Below, piece after piece: positions 35,097 to 44,700 of a stretch of 51,379 bases of DNA. The translations under genes were made by a program, and so were the position numbers. Within the stretch, counting starts at the first letter, position 1; the number at the start of each line of letters is the position of its first letter. The notes beneath the pieces are model-generated. The model was not told the DNA's origin, made no database searches, and was given only the letters and a program-made list of their open reading frames with translations. Source of the DNA: Verrucomicrobia bacterium UBA6982 (lineage in GTDB: Bacteria; Verrucomicrobiota; Kiritimatiellia; RFP12; UBA3636); the NCBI GenBank assembly GCA_002448475.1, contig DJYI01000018.1:7519-58897 (forward strand), given 5' to 3'.

Positions 35097-35834
35097 ATGG
35101 ACTCATCAACGACTATCAGGCCGAAACTGGTCGCCTTCGACCTCGACGGCACTCTCACACAGCACAAATCCCCGATGTCGCCGGAAATCCGGGCCGCGCT
35201 CGACACTCTTCGCTCGTCTGGCTACCATCTGCTCATGGCCGGCGCGGGAAGCTGCGAGCGCATAGCGCGGCAAATGGAGCAATACCCGATTGACATTCTC
35301 GGAAACTACGGCCTGCAATACGCCGAATGGGATCCGGCGTCGGGCGCGCACAGGCAGGTGTTCGACAAGCGCTTTTCCTGCGACCGCGAAAGCGTCGAGC
35401 GCAGGATGACCCAGTTTCGGGAGAGGCACGGCTTCACGGACTACGCCGGAGACAACGTGGAGTTCCACGATTCCGGGGTCGTCACGCTGCCGCTGCTGGG
35501 AACGAAGGCGGACCCGGCGGCCAAGCTGGCCTTCGATCCCGACCGCCGCAGGCGCCGCGCCCTCTACGACGAGGTCAAGGCCCTGTTCCCCGACTTCAAG
35601 GTGTTCGTCGGCGGATCGTCCTCCTTCGACATGGCCCCCGCTCCATACGACAAGGGCTACGCGCTCGGCGAATACTGCCGCGCCCGCGGTCTGGGGAAAG
35701 ACGAAGTTCTGTATGTCGGCGACGACTACGGCCCCGGCGGCAACGACGAGTCCGTGCTTCTGGCCGGGTTTCCGTTTCTCAAAATCGACGACTACCGCGA
35801 CACGCCCGCCGCGCTGCTGAAACGACTGACCTGA
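35097..35834 (+). CDS. HAD-IIB hydrolase (phosphomannomutase-like)
   Basis: FDLDGTL, GGSSSFD....DKG, YVGDD..PGGND. Promoter TTGATT-17-TAGAAT at 35061-35089. Confidence 0.85.
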   Translation: MDSSTTIRPKLVAFDLDGTLTQHKSPMSPEIRAALDTLRSSGYHLLMAGAGSCERIARQMEQYPIDILGNYGLQYAEWDPASGAHRQVFDKRFSCDRESVERRMTQFRERHGFTDYAGDNVEFHDSGVVTLPLLGTKADPAAKLAFDPDRRRRRALYDEVKALFPDFKVFVGGSSSFDMAPAPYDKGYALGEYCRARGLGKDEVLYVGDDYGPGGNDESVLLAGFPFLKIDDYRDTPAALLKRLT

Positions 35835-35893
35835 GGCGGCCCCGACAAAATTTCGAATCGCAATTTTCAAATCTCAAATCCAGGCTCTCATCC

Positions 35894-37489
35894 ATGGAAA
35901 AATCACTCGATCAAATCTCCTCGCTCTGCAAGCGCCGCGGCTTCATCTTCCCGTCCTCGGAAATCTACGGCGGACTCAACGGCTTCTGGGACTACGGTCC
36001 AATGGGCGCGGAGCTCAAGCGCAACATCCGCGACGCATGGTGGCACTTCACGGTTCAGTGGCGCGAGGACGTCGTCGGCCTCGACGCCACCATCATCATG
36101 AACCCGCGCATCTGGGAGGCCTCCGGCCATGTCGGGGGGTTCGCAGACCCGATGGTTGACTGCAAGGACTGCAAGAAGCGCCACCGCGCCGACCAGCTCT
36201 GCGAGGAGCAGGGTCTCAAACTCGTGCAGGAGGGCAAGACCTGGAAGCTTCCGGAGGGCTGCAAGTGCACTGCGTGCGGAGGCACGAACCTCACCGAGCC
36301 GCGCGCGTTCAACCTGATGTTCAAGACATACGTCGGTCCGGTCGAGGACGATTCGTCCGTCGCGTATCTGCGCCCCGAGACCGCGCAGGCCATCTTCGCG
36401 CAGTTCCTCAACATCGTGCCCACGTCGCGCAAGGCCGTGCCGTTCGGCGTGGCGCAGAGCGGAAAGAGCTTCCGCAACGAAATCAACCCGCGCAACTACA
36501 CGTTCCGCTCGCGCGAGTTCGAGCAGATGGAGCTGGAGTTCTTCATCCGCCCCGACGAGGCGGTCGAGCTCATCTGCGGCCACGTCGCAACGCTGGACGA
36601 CAAGCCCGATCTCGACGGAGAGCCGCAGGAGGACTGGGGCTGGGAGGTGTGGCACCGCTACTGGGTCGAGCAGCGCCTCAAGTGGTATCGCCTCGCCGGC
36701 CTTCCGGAAAAGGACCTGCACCTCTACTGGCAGAAGAAGGAGGAACTGGCCCACTATGCCAGGGCCTGCGTGGACATCGAATACGCATTCCCGTTTGGCG
36801 TCCAGGAGCTCGAAGGCATCGCCGCCCGCTCCGACTTCGACCTGACGCAGCACCAGAAGCACTCCGGCAAGAGCATGGAGGTCATGGACGACCGTCTGCG
36901 CCTGGCCTGCGCCGCCAAGAGCGACGAGGAAAAGGCCGCGTTCAAGGCTAAGGTGGTCGCGCAGTGGACTGCGTGCGGCAAGGAACCCGCCGCCGCAGAG
37001 GCGTTCTGCGACTCGCTCTTCCAGGGCCGCTACGTCCCGCACGTCATCGAGCCCTCCGCCGGCACCGACCGCCTCGCCCTGGCGCTGCTCTGCAACGCAT
37101 ACGACGAGGAGAAGCTCGTTGACGCCAAGGGCAAGGAGGACATCCGCACCGTCCTGCGCTTCGCCCCCGCCCTCGCCCCCGTCAAGGTCGCCGTTCTCCC
37201 GCTTGTCAAAAACAAGCCCGAGCTGCGCCAGAAGGCGCGCGACCTCTACAAGGCGCTCCAGCGCAGGTGGAAGTGCGCGTGGGACGAGACTGGCGCCATC
37301 GGCCGCCGCTACCGCCGCCAGGACGAAATCGGAACTCCGTTCTGCGTCACCGTCGATTTCGGCACGCTCGGCGAGGAGAATCCCGAGCTGCGGGACACCG
37401 TGACGCTGCGCTTCCGCGACTCGATGGAGCAAATCCGAATCCCGATCTCGGAGCTCGTGGCGAAGATCGACGCCGCAATCGAGCTTTAG
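35894..37489 (+). CDS. glyQS: Glycine--tRNA ligase (alpha2 type)
   Basis: CKRRGFIFPSSEIYGG, LRPETAQ, FRNEI.P, REFEQME, IEPSAG.DR, IGRRYRRQDEIGTP. Confidence 0.97.
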   Translation: MEKSLDQISSLCKRRGFIFPSSEIYGGLNGFWDYGPMGAELKRNIRDAWWHFTVQWREDVVGLDATIIMNPRIWEASGHVGGFADPMVDCKDCKKRHRADQLCEEQGLKLVQEGKTWKLPEGCKCTACGGTNLTEPRAFNLMFKTYVGPVEDDSSVAYLRPETAQAIFAQFLNIVPTSRKAVPFGVAQSGKSFRNEINPRNYTFRSREFEQMELEFFIRPDEAVELICGHVATLDDKPDLDGEPQEDWGWEVWHRYWVEQRLKWYRLAGLPEKDLHLYWQKKEELAHYARACVDIEYAFPFGVQELEGIAARSDFDLTQHQKHSGKSMEVMDDRLRLACAAKSDEEKAAFKAKVVAQWTACGKEPAAAEAFCDSLFQGRYVPHVIEPSAGTDRLALALLCNAYDEEKLVDAKGKEDIRTVLRFAPALAPVKVAVLPLVKNKPELRQKARDLYKALQRRWKCAWDETGAIGRRYRRQDEIGTPFCVTVDFGTLGEENPELRDTVTLRFRDSMEQIRIPISELVAKIDAAIEL

Positions 37490-37545
37490 GCGAGCGCCAG
37501 ACGAACACCAAGGCAGATTTCACCGAAAACAGAAAGGAAATGGCC

Positions 37546-38007
37546 ATGAAGGAAATAATCGGAGACCTTTCCGCGAAGGGAATGAAGTTCGGCATAGCCG
37601 TAAGCCGCTTCAACTCGTTTTTCACCGACCAGCTCCTCAGCGGCGCCGAGGACTGCCTCCTGCGCCACGGGGCCGCTGCGGGCGACATCTCGTTCGTCCG
37701 CGTTCCGGGGGCCGCGGAGCTTCCGCTGGCCGTGCAGCGCCTGCTCAAGAGCGGCCGGTTCGACGCTGTCATGGCGCTCGGCTGCGTCATTCAGGGCGCA
37801 ACGCCGCACGCGGATCTGATCGAGCAGCAGGTCGCGCGCAGCCTCACGCAGCTTTCGCTGCAATACGACATTCCCGTGACCGGCGGCCTTGTGGCGGCCA
37901 ACAATCTCGAACAGGCAATCGAAAGGGCCGGCACCAAGATGGGCAACAAGGGCTGGGACGCAGCCGCGGCCGCCATCGAGATGGTCGCCGTGTTCCGGAA
38001 AATCTAA
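37546..38007 (+). CDS. ribH: 6,7-dimethyl-8-ribityllumazine synthase
   Basis: IAVSRFN, VPGA.ELP, LGCVI.G.TPH, QAIERAG.K.GNKG; RBS AAGGA. Confidence 0.95.
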   Translation: MKEIIGDLSAKGMKFGIAVSRFNSFFTDQLLSGAEDCLLRHGAAAGDISFVRVPGAAELPLAVQRLLKSGRFDAVMALGCVIQGATPHADLIEQQVARSLTQLSLQYDIPVTGGLVAANNLEQAIERAGTKMGNKGWDAAAAAIEMVAVFRKI

Positions 38008-38021
38008 AGCACAGCCTCCCC

Positions 38022-38702
38022 ATGCCGCACTCTGACGAAGAAACCAGACAACGCTCCGCCGCGCCCTCGGAAAACGAGGATGGCGGCGGTGCCGCCGCCC
38101 GGGGCCCGACCAGGCGCGAACGCGAGCACGAAGCGCACCGCGAACTCATCCTGCGCGTGGCGGAGTCGGTATTCGCCAGTCGCGGCTATCCGGGAGCGAC
38201 CATAGCGGAAATCGCGCGCCGGGCGGAGTTCTCCGTGGGATCCATCTACAACTTCTTCCCCGGCAAGCGCGAACTCGGAGAGGCCGTGATGATGCGCATC
38301 TGCCGCGAGCGGGTGGAGAGCATCCGCGCCCAGGCGCTCCCCCTTGCCTCCGATCCCCCGGCTGGACTCGACGCGCTCCTGCGACTGTGGACGCACCACC
38401 ACGCCGAGCATGGCGCGTTCGTGCGCATGGGCATCGAATACCAGCGATCCATCGGAAAGAGCGAGCCGCCTGAGACGTTCCGCCGCCTTTTCGCGGAATA
38501 CATCGAAATCCGGGAGGCGTTTTTCGCCGCCGGCGCGCCTTCGGGATGGTATCGGGAACTTCCGCCCTCGGAACTTGGCCGTGTGTTCGAGGGAGTGTGC
38601 CACGAGTATCTCTTTGAATGGTCCCGCGCAACGCCGCGCCGTCCGGAGAGCGAGCTGCTGGACCGACTTCGCGCCGTGGTTCCGGTCGTCCTCAGACGCT
38701 AG
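38022..38702 (+). CDS. TetR/AcrR family regulator
   Basis: ILRVAESVFASRGY..ATIAEIARRAEFSVGSIYNFFPGKREL. Confidence 0.9.
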   Translation: MPHSDEETRQRSAAPSENEDGGGAAARGPTRREREHEAHRELILRVAESVFASRGYPGATIAEIARRAEFSVGSIYNFFPGKRELGEAVMMRICRERVESIRAQALPLASDPPAGLDALLRLWTHHHAEHGAFVRMGIEYQRSIGKSEPPETFRRLFAEYIEIREAFFAAGAPSGWYRELPPSELGRVFEGVCHEYLFEWSRATPRRPESELLDRLRAVVPVVLRR

Positions 38703-38730
38703 GCGGCATGCGCCGCGCCCCGTTTCGATC

Positions 38731-40512
38731 ATGCCATCACACGTGAACAATTCGCCTGTCACTGAAACGCGCTTCGTTTCGCTGGATTTGCCCGAGGGCG
38801 GCTTCCGTCTGCGCCGCGGCGGGCTGCTGCGCCGCGTGGACGTCGCCTACGAAACGGTCGGCACTCTCTCCGAGCGTCGCGACAATGTCATTTTCATCTG
38901 CCACGCCCTGACCGGAGACGCGCACGTGGCCGGTCGGCACGAGGGAGAGGACCACGACACCGGCTGGTGGGCCAACATGGTGCGCCCCGGCGGCGGCATT
39001 GACACCGACAAGTTCTTCGTCGTCTGCGCCAACGTCCTCGGCGGCTGCATGGGCACGACCGGCCCCTCGTCCGTGGATCCGGACACTGGCGAACCATACG
39101 GATCGCGCTTCCCGGACATCACCGTGGCCGACATAGTGGACGTCCACTGTCTGCTGCTGCGACAGCTCGGCTTCGACCACGTCTATGCCATCGTGGGCGG
39201 CTCGTTCGGCGGGATGCAGGCGCTGGAATTCGCCGTCCGGCATCCCGGATTCGCCGACAAGGTGGCAGTGATCGCCTCCGGCGCCTCCCTCACCACGCAG
39301 GCGCTCGCGTTCGACGTGGTGGGGCGCAACGCCATCGAGCAGGATCCCGCCTTCCGCGGCGGCGACTACTACGGCGGCGAGCGCCCCGACGCCGGACTCT
39401 CGCAGGCGCGGGAACTCGCCCACATCACTTATCTTTCCGGCGAGGTGATGAAAAAGAAGTTCGGCCGCCGACGCAGAGACATTCCGCCGACGGTCCCGGA
39501 GGACGGCAAGCACCCCGGCCCGATCCAAAGCGTTTTCGAGGTGGAGAGCTACCTGAAGCACCAGGGACGAAAGTTTCTCGGTCGCTTCGACGCGAACTCC
39601 TACCTGCGAATCACCGACGCCATGGACGAATTCGACCTCGTTCAGGGCTACCCGTCGCTTGCGGACGCGCTGGAGCCGGTGCGCGCCCGAATTCTCGCCG
39701 TGGCGCTTGACGGCGACTGGCTCTTCCTGCCGCGCCAGACCGCCGACCTGTCCCACGCGCTGCTCTCCGCGCACAAGGACGTCTCTTCGCTCGTCCTCGA
39801 CGCCCCGGCCGGACACGACTCGTTCCTCATACACATCGAGGAACTCTCCCGCGCGGTCAGCGGATTCCTAGAACGCGTCCCCGTCCGCCCCCCTCCTCCG
39901 ATCGACGCGGACCACTGCCGCGACTGGGACGCGCTGGAGGCGCTGATCCCGCAGCGCGTCCGAACCGTGCTGGACATCGCATGCGGCGGTGGCGCCCTGC
40001 TCAACTTCCTTTCCTCCCGCCGCCCATGGGCCGACTGCACCGGCATCGACATCGACGTGGACGGCGCCGTTTCGACGCTCGCCGCCGGGCACAACTTCAT
40101 GCTGGCGGACGTGGACGAGGGGCTGGCGTCAGTCCCCGACGATTCGTTCGACTGCGCCATTCTTTCCGAATCGATCCAGGTGATGCGCCACCCCGACCGC
40201 GTTCTTTCGCATCTGCTGCGGATCGCGCCGATAGGACTGGTCTCGTTCCCGAACTTCGGAATGTGGAAGATCCCGGCGGAACTTGTCTTTCGCGGCAGGA
40301 TGCCCGTCACGGAACGTCTGCCCTACCAATGGTTCGACACGCCGAACATCCACCTCTGCACCGTCAAGGACTTCCTTGACATGTGCCGCGCCAAGAACAT
40401 CCGCGTGGAAAAGGTCGAATACTTCTCGACCCTCGCCGTTTCGCGCGTGTTCCGGCTCTTCGGCGCGCGGAGTCTCGGCACGTCGCGCGTTCTTGTCAAA
40501 ATCGCCCGATGA
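38731..40512 (+). CDS. metX: Homoserine O-acyltransferase MetX fused to a MetW methyltransferase-like domain
   Basis: ICHALTGDAH, NVLGGC.GTTGP, GGSFGG, RFDANSY, GHDSFL; then VLDIACGGG...SFPNFG...GRMPVT..LPYQWFDTPNIH (MetW). Confidence 0.92.
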   Translation: MPSHVNNSPVTETRFVSLDLPEGGFRLRRGGLLRRVDVAYETVGTLSERRDNVIFICHALTGDAHVAGRHEGEDHDTGWWANMVRPGGGIDTDKFFVVCANVLGGCMGTTGPSSVDPDTGEPYGSRFPDITVADIVDVHCLLLRQLGFDHVYAIVGGSFGGMQALEFAVRHPGFADKVAVIASGASLTTQALAFDVVGRNAIEQDPAFRGGDYYGGERPDAGLSQARELAHITYLSGEVMKKKFGRRRRDIPPTVPEDGKHPGPIQSVFEVESYLKHQGRKFLGRFDANSYLRITDAMDEFDLVQGYPSLADALEPVRARILAVALDGDWLFLPRQTADLSHALLSAHKDVSSLVLDAPAGHDSFLIHIEELSRAVSGFLERVPVRPPPPIDADHCRDWDALEALIPQRVRTVLDIACGGGALLNFLSSRRPWADCTGIDIDVDGAVSTLAAGHNFMLADVDEGLASVPDDSFDCAILSESIQVMRHPDRVLSHLLRIAPIGLVSFPNFGMWKIPAELVFRGRMPVTERLPYQWFDTPNIHLCTVKDFLDMCRAKNIRVEKVEYFSTLAVSRVFRLFGARSLGTSRVLVKIAR

Positions 40513-41477
40513 GCGGGCCAGTCGCAGAATTCGGCGCAAGCGCGGCGGCGGCGCAGACCCTCGGAACGCTTGGCGAGCGGGCGCTTGTCTCGTGGCTGCG
40601 CCCGCGTCTGCCCACCCGCCCCGATGTCCTTGTCGGCGCCGGCGACGACTGCGCCGTTGTCGCCGGCCCGCGACCCGGCGAGGAGCTGGTTCTGAAATCG
40701 GATCCGATCGCCGAGGGGCGCCACTTCGCGCCCGGGGCGGATCCGCGCCTTGTCGGGCGCAAGGCGCTCGGTCGCGTGCTTTCCGACTTCGCGTCCATGG
40801 GCGCCGAGCCGCGTTGGGCTCTCGTGGATTTCGCGGCTCCGGCCCAAACTCCGGCCGACTTCGCGCGAGGGGCTCTTGAGGGACTCTCCGAACTGGCGCT
40901 GCGCTTCGGCGTGGCAGTGGTGGGCGGAGACACGTCTGAGGCGCCCGTGGCCCAGCTGCACGTCTTTGCCGCAGGCGTCGCGCCATCGGGACAGGCGATG
41001 CTACGCTCCGCCGCGCGCCCTGGCGACGCGGTGTTCGTGACAGGCGAGTTCGGGCGGTCCTATGAAAGCGGGCGCCATTTTTCCTTCGAGCCGCGTCTGC
41101 GCGAGGGGACCTGGCTGCGTCGTCGCGGCGTTCGCTGCTGCATCGACGTCTCGGACGGCCTTGCGTGCGAGGCGTGGCACGTGGCCGACGAATCGCGCGT
41201 CCGCATCGAACTGCGCGCGTCGGACATTCCACTCTCCGAACTGTGCGCCGCCATGCCCGATTCCCTCCGCCACGCGCTTGGCGACGGAGAGGACTTCGAG
41301 CTGCTCTTCACGGCGCGTCCGGATGTCGCGGCGGGTCTAGAGGATTCCTTCGCCGCCGAGTTCCCGGGCGTTCGCTGCACAAGAATCGGCCAAGTCGCGG
41401 CGTCGGAAGACAACGGCCTGGTCGTAATGGACGGCGCCGAGCTTCCACGCTCAGGCTACGAGCACTTTTCGGCCTGA
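40509..41477 (+). CDS. thiL: Thiamine-monophosphate kinase
   Basis: GAGDDCA, EG.HF, LSD.A.MGA.P, VGGDT, IDVSDGL, GEDFELLFT, GYEHF. Confidence 0.93.
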   Translation: MSGPVAEFGASAAAAQTLGTLGERALVSWLRPRLPTRPDVLVGAGDDCAVVAGPRPGEELVLKSDPIAEGRHFAPGADPRLVGRKALGRVLSDFASMGAEPRWALVDFAAPAQTPADFARGALEGLSELALRFGVAVVGGDTSEAPVAQLHVFAAGVAPSGQAMLRSAARPGDAVFVTGEFGRSYESGRHFSFEPRLREGTWLRRRGVRCCIDVSDGLACEAWHVADESRVRIELRASDIPLSELCAAMPDSLRHALGDGEDFELLFTARPDVAAGLEDSFAAEFPGVRCTRIGQVAASEDNGLVVMDGAELPRSGYEHFSA

Positions 41478-42184
41478 AGACGCTGGCGCGGGCGCTCCGT
41501 CATCTCCCCCAGTGGAAAAGTCCTGCCAAGCATCGGATACTTCGCCGGGGCGGCGGGGTTGTATGGAAGGAATTCGACCGCGACACCCGGCCCGACGAGA
41601 CGCAGGATGGCCGCGCGGTCGGACTCCGTGTCGTTGACTCCCGGGATGCAGGGAACGCGCACGGCGTACCGGACGCCGCTGCCGCGCAGCCAGGCGAGAT
41701 TCCTAAGCACGACGCGAAGATCGCCACCGCACCAGCGACGGAACGCGTCGGCGTCGTGGTGCTTGATGTCCTGATACACGAAATCCATGCGGGAGACGAC
41801 CATGCGGTAGTCGGCTTCCGGAGCGAATCCGCTTGTCTCAAGCGCGCACGACACGGAGCGGGCGTGGAGTCTGTCCGCGACATCGGCGACAAAGGCCGCC
41901 TGCGCGAGCGGTTCTCCGCCGGAAAACGTGACGCCGCCGCCGCTCTGCCCCATGATGTCGGAGTTGCGCGCCAGCTCCTCGGCAAGCGCTTCGCCAGTCC
42001 AGTCCTCGCCGCAGGGCCGGGGCTCCCCTCCCCTGCCGACCATCGTTTCCATTTCAAACGACTGGCCTTCCGGATTGTGGCACCACGCGCACCGCAGCGG
42101 GCACCCCTTGAGAAAAACCGTGGTCCGCACGCCGGGACCGTCGTGCAGGGTGAACTCGCGAATCTCGAATATCCGCCCGGTCAT
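41456..42184 (-). CDS. Glycyl-radical enzyme activating protein (radical SAM)
   Basis: HDGPGVRTTVFLKGCPLRCAWCHNPE, GGVTFSGGEP, ETSG, DIKH, IPGVND. Confidence 0.9.
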   Translation of the reverse strand: MTGRIFEIREFTLHDGPGVRTTVFLKGCPLRCAWCHNPEGQSFEMETMVGRGGEPRPCGEDWTGEALAEELARNSDIMGQSGGGVTFSGGEPLAQAAFVADVADRLHARSVSCALETSGFAPEADYRMVVSRMDFVYQDIKHHDADAFRRWCGGDLRVVLRNLAWLRGSGVRYAVRVPCIPGVNDTESDRAAILRLVGPGVAVEFLPYNPAAPAKYPMLGRTFPLGEMTERPRQRLQAEKCS

Positions 42185-42200
42185 GACATCGGCGCTGCGC

Positions 42201-43832
42201 CTACGCGCCGTCCCCGCCATACCATCCGACGACGCGCAGGGACGGCAGTTCCCGCTCAAGCTGGAACACGGCCGCTATGGCGTCGGGATCAAGCGCCGGC
42301 GCCACGACGTCCACGAAAAACGCGTATTCCCACGGCCGCTCCGGCACGGGCTGGGAGCAAATCGAGGAAAGGTTGAGTCCGCGGTCCTCGAACACCGCCA
42401 GCACCGAAGCCAGCGCGCCGGTTCGGTGCGGCAGCTGCAGAAGAAGTCCGAGGCGCGAGGCGTCCGGAGTCACGAGCAGGTCGCGAGCGACGGCCACGAA
42501 GCGCGTCGCGTTCACGTCGGTGTCGCACAGATTCTCGCGCAGAACAGCCAGCCCGTTCGCCTCGGCCGCCTCCGGAGAGCAGATGGCAGCAAACGAACGT
42601 TCGCCGCGCCGCGCCGCCTCGGCGGCGGCGAAGGCGGTGTTTTCAGCCGGTTCGGCCGTCCAGCCACGTTCGGAAATGGCGCGCGAGCACTGCGAAAGCG
42701 CCTGCGGATGGCTGGAAACGACGCACACGTCGTTTTCGGTCGCCCCCCGGACTCCGGCAAGGCAGTGGCGCACCGCCATGTCCGCGGAGCGCACGACGTG
42801 CAGATCACGCCGCAGGAGACGATAGACAGTGTCCACCGGACCTCCGGTCGTGTTTGCGAGAGGAAGCACCGCCACCTCGGCGCGCCCGCTGGAAACCGCG
42901 GCGCACGCATCGGCGAAGGATCGCGACGGCAGACGTTCGGCTCCAGGGAAAAGGCGCTTTGCCGCCATGGCCGAATACGACCCGGCGTCGCCGGCGAAGG
43001 AAACGCGCGAAACGCCGTCCAGCGACGCGTCGGCGCGCGGCGGGAATCCGGCGGCGGTGCGAAAACCGTCCGCCGCCCGGCTCATCAGCCAGTCGTATTG
43101 GCGCTCGCGCGAGATTCGCATCACGGCCGACAGCACGGCGGCGGCGGGCACGGCGTCGCGCGCTGTCGCCAGATCGCGGACGCGCGCCAGCACCTCCGCC
43201 TCGCGCGCGGCGTCGCGGACAGGCTTGCCGGTTCCGGCCTTCGAAGCGGCGACAAGCGCGGACAGGTCGAGTCTGCGGCGCAGAATCGCCACGAGTTCGG
43301 CGTCGCAGCGGTCGATTTGCTGGCGAATCGAGCCAAGGTTCGGAGACGCCGGGGAAGCGGCGCCGCCTCCGGTGGCAGCGGCTCCTCCGCCGGAGTGCGG
43401 AGCGATGTGGTCGCGCACTAGCTTCTCAAGACCGACCGTGTAGCTCGCCATCCCAAGACCGGCCACCTGCCCCACGCAGGCGGCCTGGATCACCGAAACG
43501 CGGCGGAAGGGCTCGCGGGAATGGATGTCGGATATGTGGACCTCCATCGTCGGAAGTTTTGCGAGGAGGAGCGCGTCCAGAATCGCGTAGCTGTAGTGGG
43601 TGTATGCGCCGGCGTTGATGACAATGCCGGAGGCGTAGCCCATCGCCTCGTGGATCGCCCTGCACAGTTCGCCCTCGCATCCGGACTGGAAGAAGCGCGG
43701 CTCGACGCCGAGTTCCGCGCATTTTTCCGCGAACGCCTTTTCGACGTCGGCGAGGGTGAATGTGCCGTAGTGCGCGGGATCGCGCCGGCCGAGCATGTCG
43801 AGGTTCGGCCCGTTGACGAGAAGAATGGTCAT
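42201..43832 (-). CDS. aroQ-pheA: Fusion: type II 3-dehydroquinase + chorismate mutase + prephenate dehydratase/ACT
   Basis: NGPNL..LG.R.P..YG, NAGAYTHYS, EVHIS....RE.FR; IRQQIDRCD..LV..L.RR...PVRD..RE; GSYS, SHPQALSQC, N.TRF, ACT domain. Confidence 0.9.
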   Translation of the reverse strand: MTILLVNGPNLDMLGRRDPAHYGTFTLADVEKAFAEKCAELGVEPRFFQSGCEGELCRAIHEAMGYASGIVINAGAYTHYSYAILDALLLAKLPTMEVHISDIHSREPFRRVSVIQAACVGQVAGLGMASYTVGLEKLVRDHIAPHSGGGAAATGGGAASPASPNLGSIRQQIDRCDAELVAILRRRLDLSALVAASKAGTGKPVRDAAREAEVLARVRDLATARDAVPAAAVLSAVMRISRERQYDWLMSRAADGFRTAAGFPPRADASLDGVSRVSFAGDAGSYSAMAAKRLFPGAERLPSRSFADACAAVSSGRAEVAVLPLANTTGGPVDTVYRLLRRDLHVVRSADMAVRHCLAGVRGATENDVCVVSSHPQALSQCSRAISERGWTAEPAENTAFAAAEAARRGERSFAAICSPEAAEANGLAVLRENLCDTDVNATRFVAVARDLLVTPDASRLGLLLQLPHRTGALASVLAVFEDRGLNLSSICSQPVPERPWEYAFFVDVVAPALDPDAIAAVFQLERELPSLRVVGWYGGDGA

Positions 43833-44647
43833 GACTCTGGCAGAATCGCCTTTTCGAGGCCGGAAAGATCGTCGAACTGCCACGTCGCCTTGTGCGGGGA
43901 CGCGGCGGCGTCTTCGCGGGATGTTTCGCCGGAGAAGACGAGCGCGGTGCGTATCCCGGACTCGGCCCCAAGCGCGATGTCCGTGTAGAGCCTGTCGCCC
44001 ACCATGCAGAGGCGGTCTTTGGAGACACCGTATTTAGCGCATACGGCGTCCACGATTCCGGCGTGCGGCTTGCCGACGACTTCGTCCGGCTCGCGCCCGG
44101 TGGACGCCTTCACGTAGGCGATGACTGCGCCGATGTCAGGGATGAATCCGTTCTCAACCGGGCAGTTGAAGTCCGGATGCGTCGCCACGTATGGCAGTCC
44201 GGAGCGCACAAGGTCGCACAGGCGCGTCATTTTTGCGTAGTCGAATGCCATGTCGAAGCCGAGAACGACGACGTCCGGCCTGTCGTTTTCAAGACGGAAT
44301 CCGGCTTCGGCGAATTCGCGCTCGAGCGTTGGCATCCCGAACACGGCCACGGCGGCTCCGGGCATGGTGGCGCGCAGACGCAGCGTGGTGGCCTCGCCCG
44401 AAGTGAAAACCTCGTCGGGCGCCGCCGAGATTCCGAGCCGCGCCAGTTTCGCGACGTAGGCGTCCCGGTTCTTCGACGAGTTGTTTGTGAGAAACACATA
44501 GCGCTTGCCGAGGGCGCGAACCGTTGAAAGAAACGGCCTGGTGCACGGGAAGAGCCTGTCTCCAAGATAAATCGTTCCGTCCATGTCGAGGAGGAACAGG
44601 TCTATTGAGCGCGGAGACGGATCGAAAGTGGATTCAGAGTTAGCCAT
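43829..44647 (-). CDS. HAD-IIA hydrolase (NagD-like)
   Basis: LDMDGTIY, LTNNS, GKP, MVGDRLYTDI, SGET. Confidence 0.92.
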   Translation of the reverse strand: MANSESTFDPSPRSIDLFLLDMDGTIYLGDRLFPCTRPFLSTVRALGKRYVFLTNNSSKNRDAYVAKLARLGISAAPDEVFTSGEATTLRLRATMPGAAVAVFGMPTLEREFAEAGFRLENDRPDVVVLGFDMAFDYAKMTRLCDLVRSGLPYVATHPDFNCPVENGFIPDIGAVIAYVKASTGREPDEVVGKPHAGIVDAVCAKYGVSKDRLCMVGDRLYTDIALGAESGIRTALVFSGETSREDAAASPHKATWQFDDLSGLEKAILPES

Positions 44648-44700
44648 GGCGTGAACGGATGGAAATTTGGAACGGCGAGTCAGCGTCTGATCGCTTGAGC

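Noticed and set aside
35327-35893. N-terminal extensions of glyQS (and similarly ribH, metX, thiL, hisH, hslO, bamA) in the ORF track
   Set aside because: They overlap upstream genes in another frame. Conserved sequence begins at downstream starts.
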